From Candidatus Blochmanniella floridana (GTDB taxonomy: Bacteria; Pseudomonadota; Gammaproteobacteria; Enterobacterales; Enterobacteriaceae), in the NCBI GenBank assembly GCA_000043285.1, contig BX248583.1, forward strand, positions 570,001-602,000: 32,000 nucleotides of DNA, read 5' to 3'. The translations under genes and the position numbers were made by a program. Positions 10,309-20,555 of this stretch are shown here, in pieces. Numbering within the stretch: the stretch's first letter is position 1; each line of letters starts with the position of its first letter. A model generated the notes under the pieces. The model was not told where the DNA came from, made no database searches, and worked only from the letters and a program-made list of their open reading frames with translations.

Positions 10309-10944
10309 TCACATTTTATTATTTATTAATTTTTTCTCACGTAAAAAATTAATAACACTTTCTATACCATAACCTGTTTTCAAATTAGTAAAAGTCCAAG
10401 GCCGATTATTACGCATAGTATGCGTATCAAACTTCATTACATCCAAAGATGCTCCAACATATTGAGCTAAATCAATCTTATTGATGATTAAAAAATCAGA
10501 TTTAGTAATACCCGGACCACCCTTACGAGGTATTTTATCTCCTGCTGCAACATCAATAACATACAAATTCCAGTCTGATAACTCTGGACTAAAAGTAGCA
10601 CTTAAATTATCTCCTCCACTTTCAATAAAAATAATATCTAAATTATTAAATTTATCTATTAATTCCTCAATAGCCAATAAATTCATAGAAACATCCTCAC
10701 GAATAGCAGTATGAGGACATCCACCTGTCTCTACCCCAATAATTCGATCCGATTCTAAAGCATGTGCATTAATCAATATTTGTTGATCTTCTTTAGTATA
10801 AATATCATTAGTAACTACTGCCAACTGATAATCAGTTTTCATCTTTTTACACAAAACCTCAATCAACGCAGTCTTCCCTGATCCTACAGGCCCTCCAATT
10901 CCTACTTTCATAGGGTGTTTCGCTTTATCATTACTCATAATCAT
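10309..10944 (-). CDS. ureG: Urease accessory GTPase UreG
   Basis: [15 protein letters not shown] (P-loop), [28 protein letters not shown] (Ni-binding CPH), [37 protein letters not shown] and [10 protein letters not shown] moved the start to the ATG at 10944 (MIMSNDK...), because the ORF-track start at 10965 is a TTG extension. An ATG at 10938 is also possible. Confidence 0.95.
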   Translation of the reverse strand: MIMSNDKAKHPMKVGIGGPVGSGKTALIEVLCKKMKTDYQLAVVTNDIYTKEDQQILINAHALESDRIIGVETGGCPHTAIREDVSMNLLAIEELIDKFNNLDIIFIESGGDNLSATFSPELSDWNLYVIDVAAGDKIPRKGGPGITKSDFLIINKIDLAQYVGASLDVMKFDTHTMRNNRPWTFTNLKTGYGIESVINFLREKKLINNKM

Positions 10945-11030
10945 ACTTTTTATTATAACACTCAAACAAATAACATCATCGTTTATCTTTACATTCTACT
11001 ATATATTTTATAAAAATCAATTAAATAAAA

Positions 11031-11714
11031 TTAAGAACTAAACAACCTCGAATACTGATCTTCATGACAAGCAGATGCTATTGATTGTAATAAAAAATTA
11101 CCACCTACTTCATGATCTTTGACAAGATCAGCTTTATCCCAGGCATTTGGTAAAAATTCTACTAAATATCTCAATAACTTCTGAGCAGTTCTTTGTCCAA
11201 AAGGAAGTAATTTCAAACCAACCATTATAGAAGATTCTAATGCATTATAAGCATAACCTAACGCTAAATTTTTTATCGGAATATTCCATTCATAACCCAA
11301 CCAAGCCATGGATGCTAATCCACTACATTTAAATGCTACAGCCCAACTATCACTAATAGGATCATACCATTGTGAAATTAACTTCTCCATTGCTTTTCCA
11401 CGTCGCTGTTCTTCTAGTCTTAATTCATAAGTATCTCGATATGATAAAATTTGTAATGCACACTTTTTAAAATTTTTGGAATCATTTATTTTAGTATAAT
11501 AGTAACAACGCTTTAACATAGGCCAATCTATATAAATTAACTGCTCATGAATCCATTGTTTTTGCCAATTTAAAAAATCTTCTAACGATTTAACCCAACC
11601 ATATTCTATAGCTGATTCCAATCCTTTAGAATAACTAAAACCTCCTGTAGGTAAATTACCACTTACTATCTGTATTAAAGATAATAAAGATCTACATTCT
11701 CGATGAATATTCAT
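11031..11714 (-). CDS. ureF: Urease accessory protein UreF
   Basis: 227 aa. LIQIVSGNLPTGGFSYSKGLESAIEYGWV matches the UreF N-terminal signature (Klebsiella: [29 protein letters not shown], recalled). It lies between ureC and ureG. Confidence 0.9.
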   Translation of the reverse strand: MNIHRECRSLLSLIQIVSGNLPTGGFSYSKGLESAIEYGWVKSLEDFLNWQKQWIHEQLIYIDWPMLKRCYYYTKINDSKNFKKCALQILSYRDTYELRLEEQRRGKAMEKLISQWYDPISDSWAVAFKCSGLASMAWLGYEWNIPIKNLALGYAYNALESSIMVGLKLLPFGQRTAQKLLRYLVEFLPNAWDKADLVKDHEVGGNFLLQSIASACHEDQYSRLFSS

Positions 11715-12012
11715 AATTTACAATTATACACTATCTTATTTAATACAAAAATACTTAATAAATAATAATTATTCAAAATAAATTTAAATATACTCTCAAA
11801 TAACTATTACAATATTTTAAAATAAATATAATATTATATTATCATATATACTCCTATATCTAATTATATTACAATAATACTATTATATTACTACCCAATC
11901 AACAAAATCATTTAAAATTTATAAAAACTCTCTATACTAATAATAATCTATTATTATCACGAACAATATTCAGATATTATATATATTTTACTCAATCATA
12001 TAATATATTATT

Positions 12013-13716
12013 TTAAAATAAAAAATAACGTTGAGACATAGGTACTACAGAAACAGGTTCACATACTAATAATTCTCCATTTGCTCTAACTTCATAAGTT
12101 TGAGGATCTACCTCCATAACAGGTTTCAAGTTATTATTAATCATATGATCTTTTTTAATATTCCTACACCTTTTAGATATACCAATTAAACTATTTAATC
12201 TTAAATTCTCTACTACTCCTACATCATAAGAACTTTGAGATATAAAAGTCATACGTGTAGCACATTTAGCTAAATCATATGATCCAAACATTAATCGATA
12301 ATACACCGGCTGCGGAGTAGGAATAGAAGCATTAGGATCTCCCATAACTGAAGAAACAATCATACCACCTTTAACAATCAATTCTGGTTTTACACCAAAA
12401 AAAACAGGAGACCATAACACTAAATCTGCTAATTTACCTATTTCAACAGAACCAACTTCATGAGCAATACCATGAGTTATAGCAGGATTAATTGTATATT
12501 TAGCAATATATCTTTTAATACGTGTATTATCATTATATTGATCATCTCCCAATAATGAACCACGTTGCAACTTCATTTTATGAGCCGTTTGCCACGTTCT
12601 TAAAATTGTCTCTCCAATTCTACCCATAGCCTGAGAATCGGAAGAAATCATAGATAAAGCTCCCAAATCATGCAAAATATCTTCCGCTGCAATAGTTTCT
12701 CTACGTATTCTAGATTCTGCAAAAGCTATATCTTCAGGAAGATTACAATTCAAATTATGACATACCATCATCATATCCAAATGCTCATCTACCGTATTAA
12801 TAGTATACGGTAGAGTTGGATTTGTAGATGAAGGTAAAACATTATTCAATTCACATATTCGTATAATATCAGGAGAATGTCCACCTCCTGCTCCTTCAAC
12901 ATGATATGCATGTATTGTTCTATTTTTAATAGCAGATATAGTAGTCTCAAGAAATCCAGATTCATTTAAAGTATCTGTATGAATAGATACTTGTACATCA
13001 AAATTATCTGCTACATTTAAGCAACAATCAATAGTAGCTGGAGTTGCTCCCCAATCTTCATGTACTTTTAATCCAATAGCCCCAGCGTGTATTTGTTCTA
13101 TTAAAGATTCAGGTAACGCTGAACTACCTTTACCAGTAAACCCAATATTAATCGGTAAAGCATCAGCTGCCTGTAACATACGCGATATAAACCAAACACC
13201 TGGGGTACAAGTCGTCGCATTACTACCAGTTGTAGGACCAGTACCTCCTCCAATTAATGTAGTCATTCCAGAAGATAATGCTTCTTCTATTTGTTGAGGA
13301 CAAATAAAATGTACATGTACGTCAATTCCGCCAGCAGTAACAATTTTACCTTCTGCTGATATCACTTCAGTTCCAGGACCGATATATATAGTCACTCCTG
13401 GTTGTATATCTGGATTCCCTGATTTTCCGATACCAACAATACGACCATTATTTATACCAATATCAGCTTTAATAACACCCCAATAATCAATAATAATAGC
13501 ATTAGTTAAAACTAAATCAACACACTCTTTATTATTCATCTGACCTTGACCCATACCATCCCTAATAACCTTACCTCCTCCAAATTTTACCTCTTCTCCA
13601 TATATAGTAAAATCTTTTTCTATTTTTACCCATAAATCAGTATCTGCCAACCTTACAGAATCTCCGACAGTAGGTCCATACATCTCAGCGTATATTTTCT
13701 TATTCAACATATTCAT
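12013..13716 (-). CDS. ureC: Urease alpha (catalytic) subunit
   Basis: 567 aa. [63 protein letters not shown] (carbamylated Lys), [28 protein letters not shown] and [12 protein letters not shown]. All nickel-site blocks are present. Confidence 0.97.
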   Translation of the reverse strand: MNMLNKKIYAEMYGPTVGDSVRLADTDLWVKIEKDFTIYGEEVKFGGGKVIRDGMGQGQMNNKECVDLVLTNAIIIDYWGVIKADIGINNGRIVGIGKSGNPDIQPGVTIYIGPGTEVISAEGKIVTAGGIDVHVHFICPQQIEEALSSGMTTLIGGGTGPTTGSNATTCTPGVWFISRMLQAADALPINIGFTGKGSSALPESLIEQIHAGAIGLKVHEDWGATPATIDCCLNVADNFDVQVSIHTDTLNESGFLETTISAIKNRTIHAYHVEGAGGGHSPDIIRICELNNVLPSSTNPTLPYTINTVDEHLDMMMVCHNLNCNLPEDIAFAESRIRRETIAAEDILHDLGALSMISSDSQAMGRIGETILRTWQTAHKMKLQRGSLLGDDQYNDNTRIKRYIAKYTINPAITHGIAHEVGSVEIGKLADLVLWSPVFFGVKPELIVKGGMIVSSVMGDPNASIPTPQPVYYRLMFGSYDLAKCATRMTFISQSSYDVGVVENLRLNSLIGISKRCRNIKKDHMINNNLKPVMEVDPQTYEVRANGELLVCEPVSVVPMSQRYFLF

Positions 13717-13718
13717 AA

Positions 13719-14030
13719 TTATTTACTTAATTTTCCCATAATTTTTTTACAAAAACCAACAATCTTTAATTCTCCAGAATATCGAACCAACTCTACTTCT
13801 CTAGTTTGTCCCGGTTCAAATCTTATTGATGTGCCAGATGGTACGTTTAACCGAAAACCAAGGGCAAAATTACGATTAAAGAATAACGCATTATTAACTT
13901 CATAAAAATGAAAATGAGACCCAACTTGAATTGGTCTATCACCATTATTAATAACCATTACAATAACTTTTTCTCGATTTACATTTAATTCTATTATACC
14001 ATCTGCAATATGTAATTCACCAGGAATCAT
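13719..14030 (-). CDS. ureB: Urease beta subunit
   Basis: [60 protein letters not shown]. The start is set to the ATG at 14030, matching the MIPGE start of other UreB proteins. The ORF-track start at 14069 is a TTG extension that would overlap ureA. The stop lies 2 nt before the ureC ATG. Confidence 0.93.
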   Translation of the reverse strand: MIPGELHIADGIIELNVNREKVIVMVINNGDRPIQVGSHFHFYEVNNALFFNRNFALGFRLNVPSGTSIRFEPGQTREVELVRYSGELKIVGFCKKIMGKLSK

Positions 14031-14065
14031 AATTCCACTGACCCTTAAAATATTTAATACAATGA

Positions 14066-14368
14066 TCAAATAATAGGATCATGTATAGTTACTAATTTAG
14101 TACCATCAAGAAAAGTAGCTTCTATTTGAACATTACTTATCATTTCTGATACCCCAGGTATCACATCATCCTTACTTAATACATTCCTACCTATTTCCAT
14201 TAATTCTGCAACATTTTTTCCATCACGAGCTCCCTCTAAAACCACAAAACTAATTAAAGCTATTGCTTCTGGATAATTTAATTTCAATCCTCGTTTTTTC
14301 CGTCTTTCCGCTAACAATGCAGCCGTAAACAATAGCAATTTATCTATTTCTCTAGGTAATAATTTCAT
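14066..14368 (-). CDS. ureA: Urease gamma subunit
   Basis: [79 protein letters not shown] is collinear with Klebsiella UreA (recalled). The start is set to the ATG at 14368 rather than the ORF-track extension to 14401, which would overlap ureD. Confidence 0.93.
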   Translation of the reverse strand: MKLLPREIDKLLLFTAALLAERRKKRGLKLNYPEAIALISFVVLEGARDGKNVAELMEIGRNVLSKDDVIPGVSEMISNVQIEATFLDGTKLVTIHDPII

Positions 14369-14384
14369 AATTAATATATAACCA

Positions 14385-15245
14385 TTATGTAAACCAAACA
14401 CGAGGCATTACTGCCTCTTGCCCTATAATAATAGGTCGTATTACACTCCAAATATGATACAATAATTCTTTTATTCTTTGATTATTATTACTCAATAACC
14501 TTACTACAAGTAACTCATCTATCAAAGTTACACCCCCTATTTGAATATCCACAGTAGATGTAATCAAACTACGAACTACTTTTAATGTTTCTTTATTTGA
14601 TGGAGCTGCAAAAAGAGAAGCACTTATTTTAAAACCATGTAATTTATCTATATAATTTTGAGAATCTATTTTTAAACGATCTCGTAATCCAGAACAATAC
14701 GGCAAACAAATACGTAAAAAAATATCTATTACATCTGGACTACCGTAATTATCTAACCAACCATCACTACCAAAACACAAAATTTCACCTATAATAATTC
14801 GAGCTCCCGGTTCCAAGTGAAAAATAGTATTTATTTTTACTTTCGTATTAGGAAAAAAAATACTACTTTGAGGTAACCATTCTAAAGAAGTATTATCTTT
14901 TAACTTAAAAATATGCTCTTGTAATATATATTTACCATTAGTACGATAAAACTTAGTAGAACCTGGCGTAGTCAACAATACCTTACTACCAGATTCTAAA
15001 CACACCGATATATGTATCTGATCACCTCCTACTAATCCTCCAGAAGGTTGTAATAAATACACATGAGGAATGTTACTTTTATCATTTTCTGGATAAAAAA
15101 TCTTTTGAACTAAAATTGGCCCTATATGACTGATTTTTTTTAAAACACTACACCCCTCTTGTAAAACAAAATTTAATTCTAATCTACTTATCCAATCATC
15201 ACTCGATTTAGATAAAAAATCACCTTGATCAAATCCATTAAACAT
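14385..15245 (-). CDS. ureD: Urease accessory protein UreD (UreH)
   Basis: 286 aa at the head of the cluster. [34 protein letters not shown] is the characteristic UreD core, and its position immediately upstream of ureA is canonical. Confidence 0.85.
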
Positions 15246-15410
15246 AATCTATCTTATAAAATTTTACACACCTTCATTGTACTTGCACTAATCAAACTCA
15301 TTCTACTAAACAAACATATTAGTATATACTTTCTATCCTGAAATTCACTACATATTAATTACATACAAAATCCATCAACTAATACCTAAATCAATAAAAA
15401 AATATATCAT

Positions 15411-16991
15411 TTACTCCCATTCAATTGTAGCTGGAGGTTTACAAGAAATATCATAAACCACTCTTGACACTTCCTCAACCTCATTAACAATACGATTAGA
15501 TACTTTATTTAAAAAAGTATATGGAAGCCGAACCCATTGTGCCGTCATAAAATCTTCAGTTTCTATCGCTCGTAACACAATAACCCATTTATATTTACGT
15601 TGATCTCCTTGTACCCCTACTGATTGAACTGGCAAAAACACTGCAAATGCTTGATCAACAGTATTATACAAATCTGATTTATTCAACTCTTCCATAAAAA
15701 TATAATCAACTCTTCGTAATATATTACAATATTCTTCCCGTACTTCTCCTAATATTCTAATAGCCATTCCAGGACCTGGACATGGATATTGATTGACTAC
15801 ATTTAACGGTAATCCTAAATACAACCCAATATTACGAACTTCATCCTTAAATAAATCTTTTATAGGCTCTAACAACTGAATATTAACAGAACTTGGAAAT
15901 CCTCCAACATTATGATGCGATTTAATTATATTAGCAGAAGCACATGACATTCCAGATTCAATAACATCTGAATATATAGTACCTTGAGCCAACCATTTAA
16001 TATTTTTTAACTGACTAATTTGCGCTTGAAATATTTCTACAAATATTTTCCCTATTATTTTTCTTTTTTCTTCTGGATCAATAACACCAGTTAAAGCACT
16101 TAAAAAACGCTTCTCTTCTGATAAATGAATAATATTTAAATCTTGATATTTTTTACAAAAATTACTAATTCGATTAATTTCATTACAACATAATAATCCA
16201 TTATTTACAAATACACAAACAAACTGTTCATGATTAATTGCATATTTTAATAACAAAGCCGTCACCAAAGAATCAATTCCTCCAGAAAAAGCAAGAACTA
16301 CTCTATCTTGACCTACTACCTTTTTAATAGTTTTAATAATATTTTTAACAATATATACAGGTTTCCATGTAACCTCACATCTGCAAATATCTACAGCAAA
16401 CCTTTTTAAAATATCTTTTCCTTTTTTAGTATGCGTAACCTCTGGATGAAACTGTATACCATACCAACGACATTTTTCATTGATTATAATAGCAATTTGC
16501 TGATTTTCAGTAATCCCAATAACAGTAAAGCCTTGTGGCATAGTTTCCACTATATCTTTATGACTCATCCATACCTCTAATACACAATGACCTTGATCAT
16601 TGATATAATCATAAAGATTACCAATTAATGTATTTTTTTGAGATAGTATTTCAACCTGAGCATAACCAAATTCTCCTTTATTAGATACAGATCGGATATT
16701 CCCTCCGCATTGACTAACCAAAATTTGCATTCCATAACAAATTCCTAATATTGGAACACCAATTTTGAAAACGACTTTTGATATACTTGACGAGTGTTTA
16801 TTCGTTACACTATCTGGACCTCCAGAAAAAATAATCCCATTAGGATTTAAACTAACCAATAGATCTTGACTAATATTCCAATCGCATACTTTAGCATATA
16901 TTCCTAATTCTCGAATTCGTCTTAATAATAATTGCGTATACTGAGATCCAAAATCTATAATCAAAATACACTGTCTAGTACATTGTTTCAT
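15411..16991 (-). CDS. guaA: GMP synthase (glutamine-hydrolysing)
   Basis: 526 aa. ILIIDFGSQYTQLLLRRIRELG, GICYGMQ (amidotransferase Cys), GIQFHPEVTHT, AFSGGIDS (ATP-PPase P-loop), KSHHNVGG and the ATIEWE C-terminus. Confidence 0.96.
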   Translation of the reverse strand: MKQCTRQCILIIDFGSQYTQLLLRRIRELGIYAKVCDWNISQDLLVSLNPNGIIFSGGPDSVTNKHSSSISKVVFKIGVPILGICYGMQILVSQCGGNIRSVSNKGEFGYAQVEILSQKNTLIGNLYDYINDQGHCVLEVWMSHKDIVETMPQGFTVIGITENQQIAIIINEKCRWYGIQFHPEVTHTKKGKDILKRFAVDICRCEVTWKPVYIVKNIIKTIKKVVGQDRVVLAFSGGIDSLVTALLLKYAINHEQFVCVFVNNGLLCCNEINRISNFCKKYQDLNIIHLSEEKRFLSALTGVIDPEEKRKIIGKIFVEIFQAQISQLKNIKWLAQGTIYSDVIESGMSCASANIIKSHHNVGGFPSSVNIQLLEPIKDLFKDEVRNIGLYLGLPLNVVNQYPCPGPGMAIRILGEVREEYCNILRRVDYIFMEELNKSDLYNTVDQAFAVFLPVQSVGVQGDQRKYKWVIVLRAIETEDFMTAQWVRLPYTFLNKVSNRIVNEVEEVSRVVYDISCKPPATIEWE

Positions 16992-17055
16992 ATATCTATA
17001 CTATCCTTATACTCATAATTAAAACAATTATACCGTATTGATCGACTTACATTAT

Positions 17056-18525
17056 TTATTTTAACTGATAATTTGGAGATTCTTTTGTAATCGTAACATC
17101 ATGTACATGACTTTCCTGCATTCCTGAATAACTTACTCGTACAAATTTTGTTTTTATGCGTAAATCATCAATCGTTAAACATCCCGTTAGCCCCATACAT
17201 GATCTTAATCCTCCCATCAATTGATGTATAATTGATTTTACTTTTCCTTTATAAATTACTCTACCTTCAATTCCCTCTGGTACTAATTTACTATTAATAT
17301 TTTCATTCTGTTGAAAATACCGATCTGATGAACCTTGATTCATTGCACCCAAAGAACCCATACCACGATAACTTTTAAAAGATCGACCTTGATAAAATTC
17401 AATATCTCCCGGCGATTCCTCTGTTCCAGCTAATAAAGAACCAATCATCACACAATGAGCTCCTGCAGCTATTGCTTTCGCTATATCTCCAGAAAATCTA
17501 ATCCCCCCATCAGCAATAACCGGAATATTAGTATATTTTAACGCTTTTGATACATCAGATATCGCAGTAATTTGCGGAATACCTACTCCAGTTACAACAC
17601 GAGTTGTACATATGGAACCCGGCCCAATTCCAACTTTTACTGCACTAACTCCAGCTTCTATTAAAGCTAAAGCTCCCTCTTCGGTGACAACATTACCTCC
17701 TATAATAGGCAAATCAGGATATAATTTACGAACATATGAAACACAACGTAATACACTTTCTGAATGCCCATGAGAAGAATCAATTAATAATATATCTACT
17801 CCAGCATTGACTAAAGCATTAGCACGATATTTATAATCTGCACTTACTCCTATTGCCGCTCCAACACGTAACCTACCATAATTATCTTTACATGCATTTG
17901 GTTTACGTTCTGCTTTTTCAAAATCTTTTGCTGTAATCATGCCTTTTAGATGAAATAAAGAATCTACTAACAATATTTTTTCCACTCTTTTATCATGCAT
18001 CTTAGCTAAAACTGTTTCTCTACTTTCTCTTTCATACACTGTCACTAAACTATCCTTTGGAGTCATAACATCAGAAACAGGAATAGATAAATCATTTACA
18101 AATCTAACATCGCGACTCGTCACAATACCTACAAGTTCATTTGAATTAATAACAACAGGATAACCAGCAAAACCATTACGACAAGTTCGTTCTTTTACCT
18201 CTAATACAGTAGTATCAGGATTTACACATTGAGGATTTGTAACTACTCCACTCTCATAACGTTTAACTCTAATAACTTCATTAATCTGATTTTTTAAAGA
18301 CATATTTTTATGAACAAACCCTATTCCTCCCTCTTGCGCCAAAGCAATAGCTAAACTAGCTTCAGTTACCGTATCCATTGCTGCAGATATAATTGGAATA
18401 TTTAATATAATAGAATCAGTCAAATTACTTTTTAAAATAGCTTCCACAGGCAACACTGCAGATCTAGCTGGGACAATAGATACATCATCAAAAGTCAACG
18501 CCTCTTTTATATTTACACTTAACAT
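17056..18525 (-). CDS. guaB: IMP dehydrogenase
   Basis: 489 aa. [40 protein letters not shown]-pair region, [31 protein letters not shown] (catalytic Cys), [20 protein letters not shown] and GMGSLGAM. It is very close to E. coli GuaB. Confidence 0.97.
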   Translation of the reverse strand: MLSVNIKEALTFDDVSIVPARSAVLPVEAILKSNLTDSIILNIPIISAAMDTVTEASLAIALAQEGGIGFVHKNMSLKNQINEVIRVKRYESGVVTNPQCVNPDTTVLEVKERTCRNGFAGYPVVINSNELVGIVTSRDVRFVNDLSIPVSDVMTPKDSLVTVYERESRETVLAKMHDKRVEKILLVDSLFHLKGMITAKDFEKAERKPNACKDNYGRLRVGAAIGVSADYKYRANALVNAGVDILLIDSSHGHSESVLRCVSYVRKLYPDLPIIGGNVVTEEGALALIEAGVSAVKVGIGPGSICTTRVVTGVGIPQITAISDVSKALKYTNIPVIADGGIRFSGDIAKAIAAGAHCVMIGSLLAGTEESPGDIEFYQGRSFKSYRGMGSLGAMNQGSSDRYFQQNENINSKLVPEGIEGRVIYKGKVKSIIHQLMGGLRSCMGLTGCLTIDDLRIKTKFVRVSYSGMQESHVHDVTITKESPNYQLK

Positions 18526-18919
18526 TACTCAATCTTATAATCTTTTGTAAAAATACTATTCAAAATAATTACATTATATATATATCAAATAATTACAAAT
18601 CACTATTACAATCATTAGATACTATAATGATAATCATATATTCTCATAACATGAATTACAATATTTTATTTCAGTATTATTATTATTAAACATAATAATA
18701 TTTTCATTTAACTAAAAATACAATATTTCAACATTAATTATTTAATATTACATATAATTTTTTAAATATAATTTATTGATTTTTATTATTTAATATTGTA
18801 TTGTCATCAACGGACAATAGGAATAAGGAATGTACAACTACTTATAATAGTAAAATTGTTTCTATATTGTTATAAATAATACATATAATATCTTATAGTA
18901 AAACATTAATTCATTATAA

Positions 18920-20494
18920 ATGAAGAATAGTATATTTAAAAATAAATATAACTCAACACAATATAATCTAAACTCATCTGTTGATATTGTATTGGTTGGT
19001 GCTGGAATTATGAGTGTAACCTTAGGTTCTTTTTTAACTATTCTCGAACCAAGTTGGATAATACATATATACGAACGACTGAATAAACCAGCTCAAGAGA
19101 GTTCCAATTCCTGGAACAATGCAGGTACAGGACATGCAGCATTTTGTGAACTTAATTATACCAAATACAACAAAATAAATGATTCCATTGATATTACAAA
19201 AGCCCTATCTATAAATACTGCATTTGAATTATCCCTACAATTCTGGGCCTTCTTAACAAAAAACGGAATTATCAATAATCCAAAATCTTTTATTAATAAT
19301 ATTCCTCATATCAGCTTTGTATGGGGACAAAAAAATATTAATTTTCTAAAAAAACGTTTTCAAACTCTCCAAACTCATAATCTTTTTCACGGTATGATTT
19401 ACTCCGAAGATCCTCATCAAATAAAATCATGGATACCTCTTGTTATGACAGGACGTAATAATAATCAAAAAGTAGCTGCTACTTATATGCCAATGGGCAC
19501 TGATATTAACTTTGAAGAAATTACAACGCAATTACTTGCACAATTAAAAAAAAATCCTAATTTCAACATCTATTTAGAACACGATGTAACACATATAGAA
19601 CGACATAATAATAAATATTGGAAAATATCTGTACAAGATATACAACACAAAAAAACAATACATACATATACTAAGTATGTATTTATAGGAGCAGGAGGAA
19701 AATCTCTTAATTTATTACAAACTGCTAATATTCAATCAGTTTCTGGATACGCTGGATTCCCAGTAGGAGGTCAATTTTTAGTTACATATAACCCTGAAAT
19801 AGTTTCACAACATCAAGCAAAAGTCTATGGAAAAGCTAATGTAAGCATGCCACCAATGTCAGTACCTCATATAGATACTCGTATCTTAAATAACAAAAAA
19901 GTTTTGTTATTTGGACCATTTGCTACCTTTAGCAGTAAATTTTTAAAATATGGATCTTGGTTAGATTTATTTCATTCTTTAAACAAGCACAATTTAAAAC
20001 CAATTATACAAGCAGGCATAGATAATTTTCCATTAATCAAATATTTATTTAATCAACTTATTATGTCAAATCATGATCGTATTAACGCTCTTAAAGAATA
20101 TTATCCTGAAGTTAATTCAAAAGATTGGTTTCTCATTCAAGCAGGTCAAAGAGTGCAAATAATCAAAAAAAACAATAAAAACAGAGGCATACTACAATTT
20201 GGAACAGAAATAGTTAGCTCTGCTGATGGATCATTATCAGCATTACTTGGAGCTTCACCAGGAGCATCCATATCGGTATCAATAACAATAAAACTACTTA
20301 ATATTATGTTCCAAAATAAATATTATAATGATTTATGGAAAACTAAACTTATTGAAATAGTTCCATCATATATTAACCCCACTCTTAATAATTATCATTC
20401 TGATTTTATGAAACAAATAAGAAAAAATACTAGAAACATCTTAAAACTTATTTATATAGAAAAAGAAAATCGTAGCCTAATTTTTAAAAAATAA
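18920..20494 (+). CDS. mqo: Malate:quinone oxidoreductase
   Basis: 524 aa. DIVLVGAGIMSVTLGSFL (FAD fold), QESSNSWNNAGTGHAAFCELNYT and GASPGAS blocks match E. coli Mqo (recalled). Confidence 0.92.
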   Translation: MKNSIFKNKYNSTQYNLNSSVDIVLVGAGIMSVTLGSFLTILEPSWIIHIYERLNKPAQESSNSWNNAGTGHAAFCELNYTKYNKINDSIDITKALSINTAFELSLQFWAFLTKNGIINNPKSFINNIPHISFVWGQKNINFLKKRFQTLQTHNLFHGMIYSEDPHQIKSWIPLVMTGRNNNQKVAATYMPMGTDINFEEITTQLLAQLKKNPNFNIYLEHDVTHIERHNNKYWKISVQDIQHKKTIHTYTKYVFIGAGGKSLNLLQTANIQSVSGYAGFPVGGQFLVTYNPEIVSQHQAKVYGKANVSMPPMSVPHIDTRILNNKKVLLFGPFATFSSKFLKYGSWLDLFHSLNKHNLKPIIQAGIDNFPLIKYLFNQLIMSNHDRINALKEYYPEVNSKDWFLIQAGQRVQIIKKNNKNRGILQFGTEIVSSADGSLSALLGASPGASISVSITIKLLNIMFQNKYYNDLWKTKLIEIVPSYINPTLNNYHSDFMKQIRKNTRNILKLIYIEKENRSLIFKK

Positions 20495-20511
20495 ACTACA
20501 AATAAAAATTC

Positions 20512-20555
20512 GATTCAATATATTTTATATGAATTTTTTTATAAAATATTGAATC
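20512..20555. terminator. Inverted repeat between convergent mqo and der; possible bidirectional terminator
   Basis: GATTCAATAT (20512-20521) and ATATTGAATC (20546-20555) are perfect reverse complements: a 10-bp stem, a 24-nt AT-rich loop with a T7 run, and 2 G:C pairs. The right arm overlaps the der stop codon. The stem is weak, and chance occurrence in AT-rich DNA is not excluded. Confidence 0.2.

Noticed and set aside
10481-10714. 77-aa plus-strand ORF inside ureG
   Set aside because: It is antisense to the highly conserved UreG frame, so it is a shadow ORF.
11715-12012. Possible ureE traces in the ureC-ureF spacer: a reading ..MILLIG**YNSIIV.. reminiscent of the UreE HLGNRHVP motif, and an AGGAG (11851-11855) followed by a 3-codon mini-ORF ATG ATA ATA TAA (11834-11845)
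   Set aside because: The match is only 2-3 residues in a stop-filled frame, and the SD plus mini-ORF could arise by chance. Neither is enough to call a ureE pseudogene or a leader peptide. The absence of ureE is reported as a finding instead.
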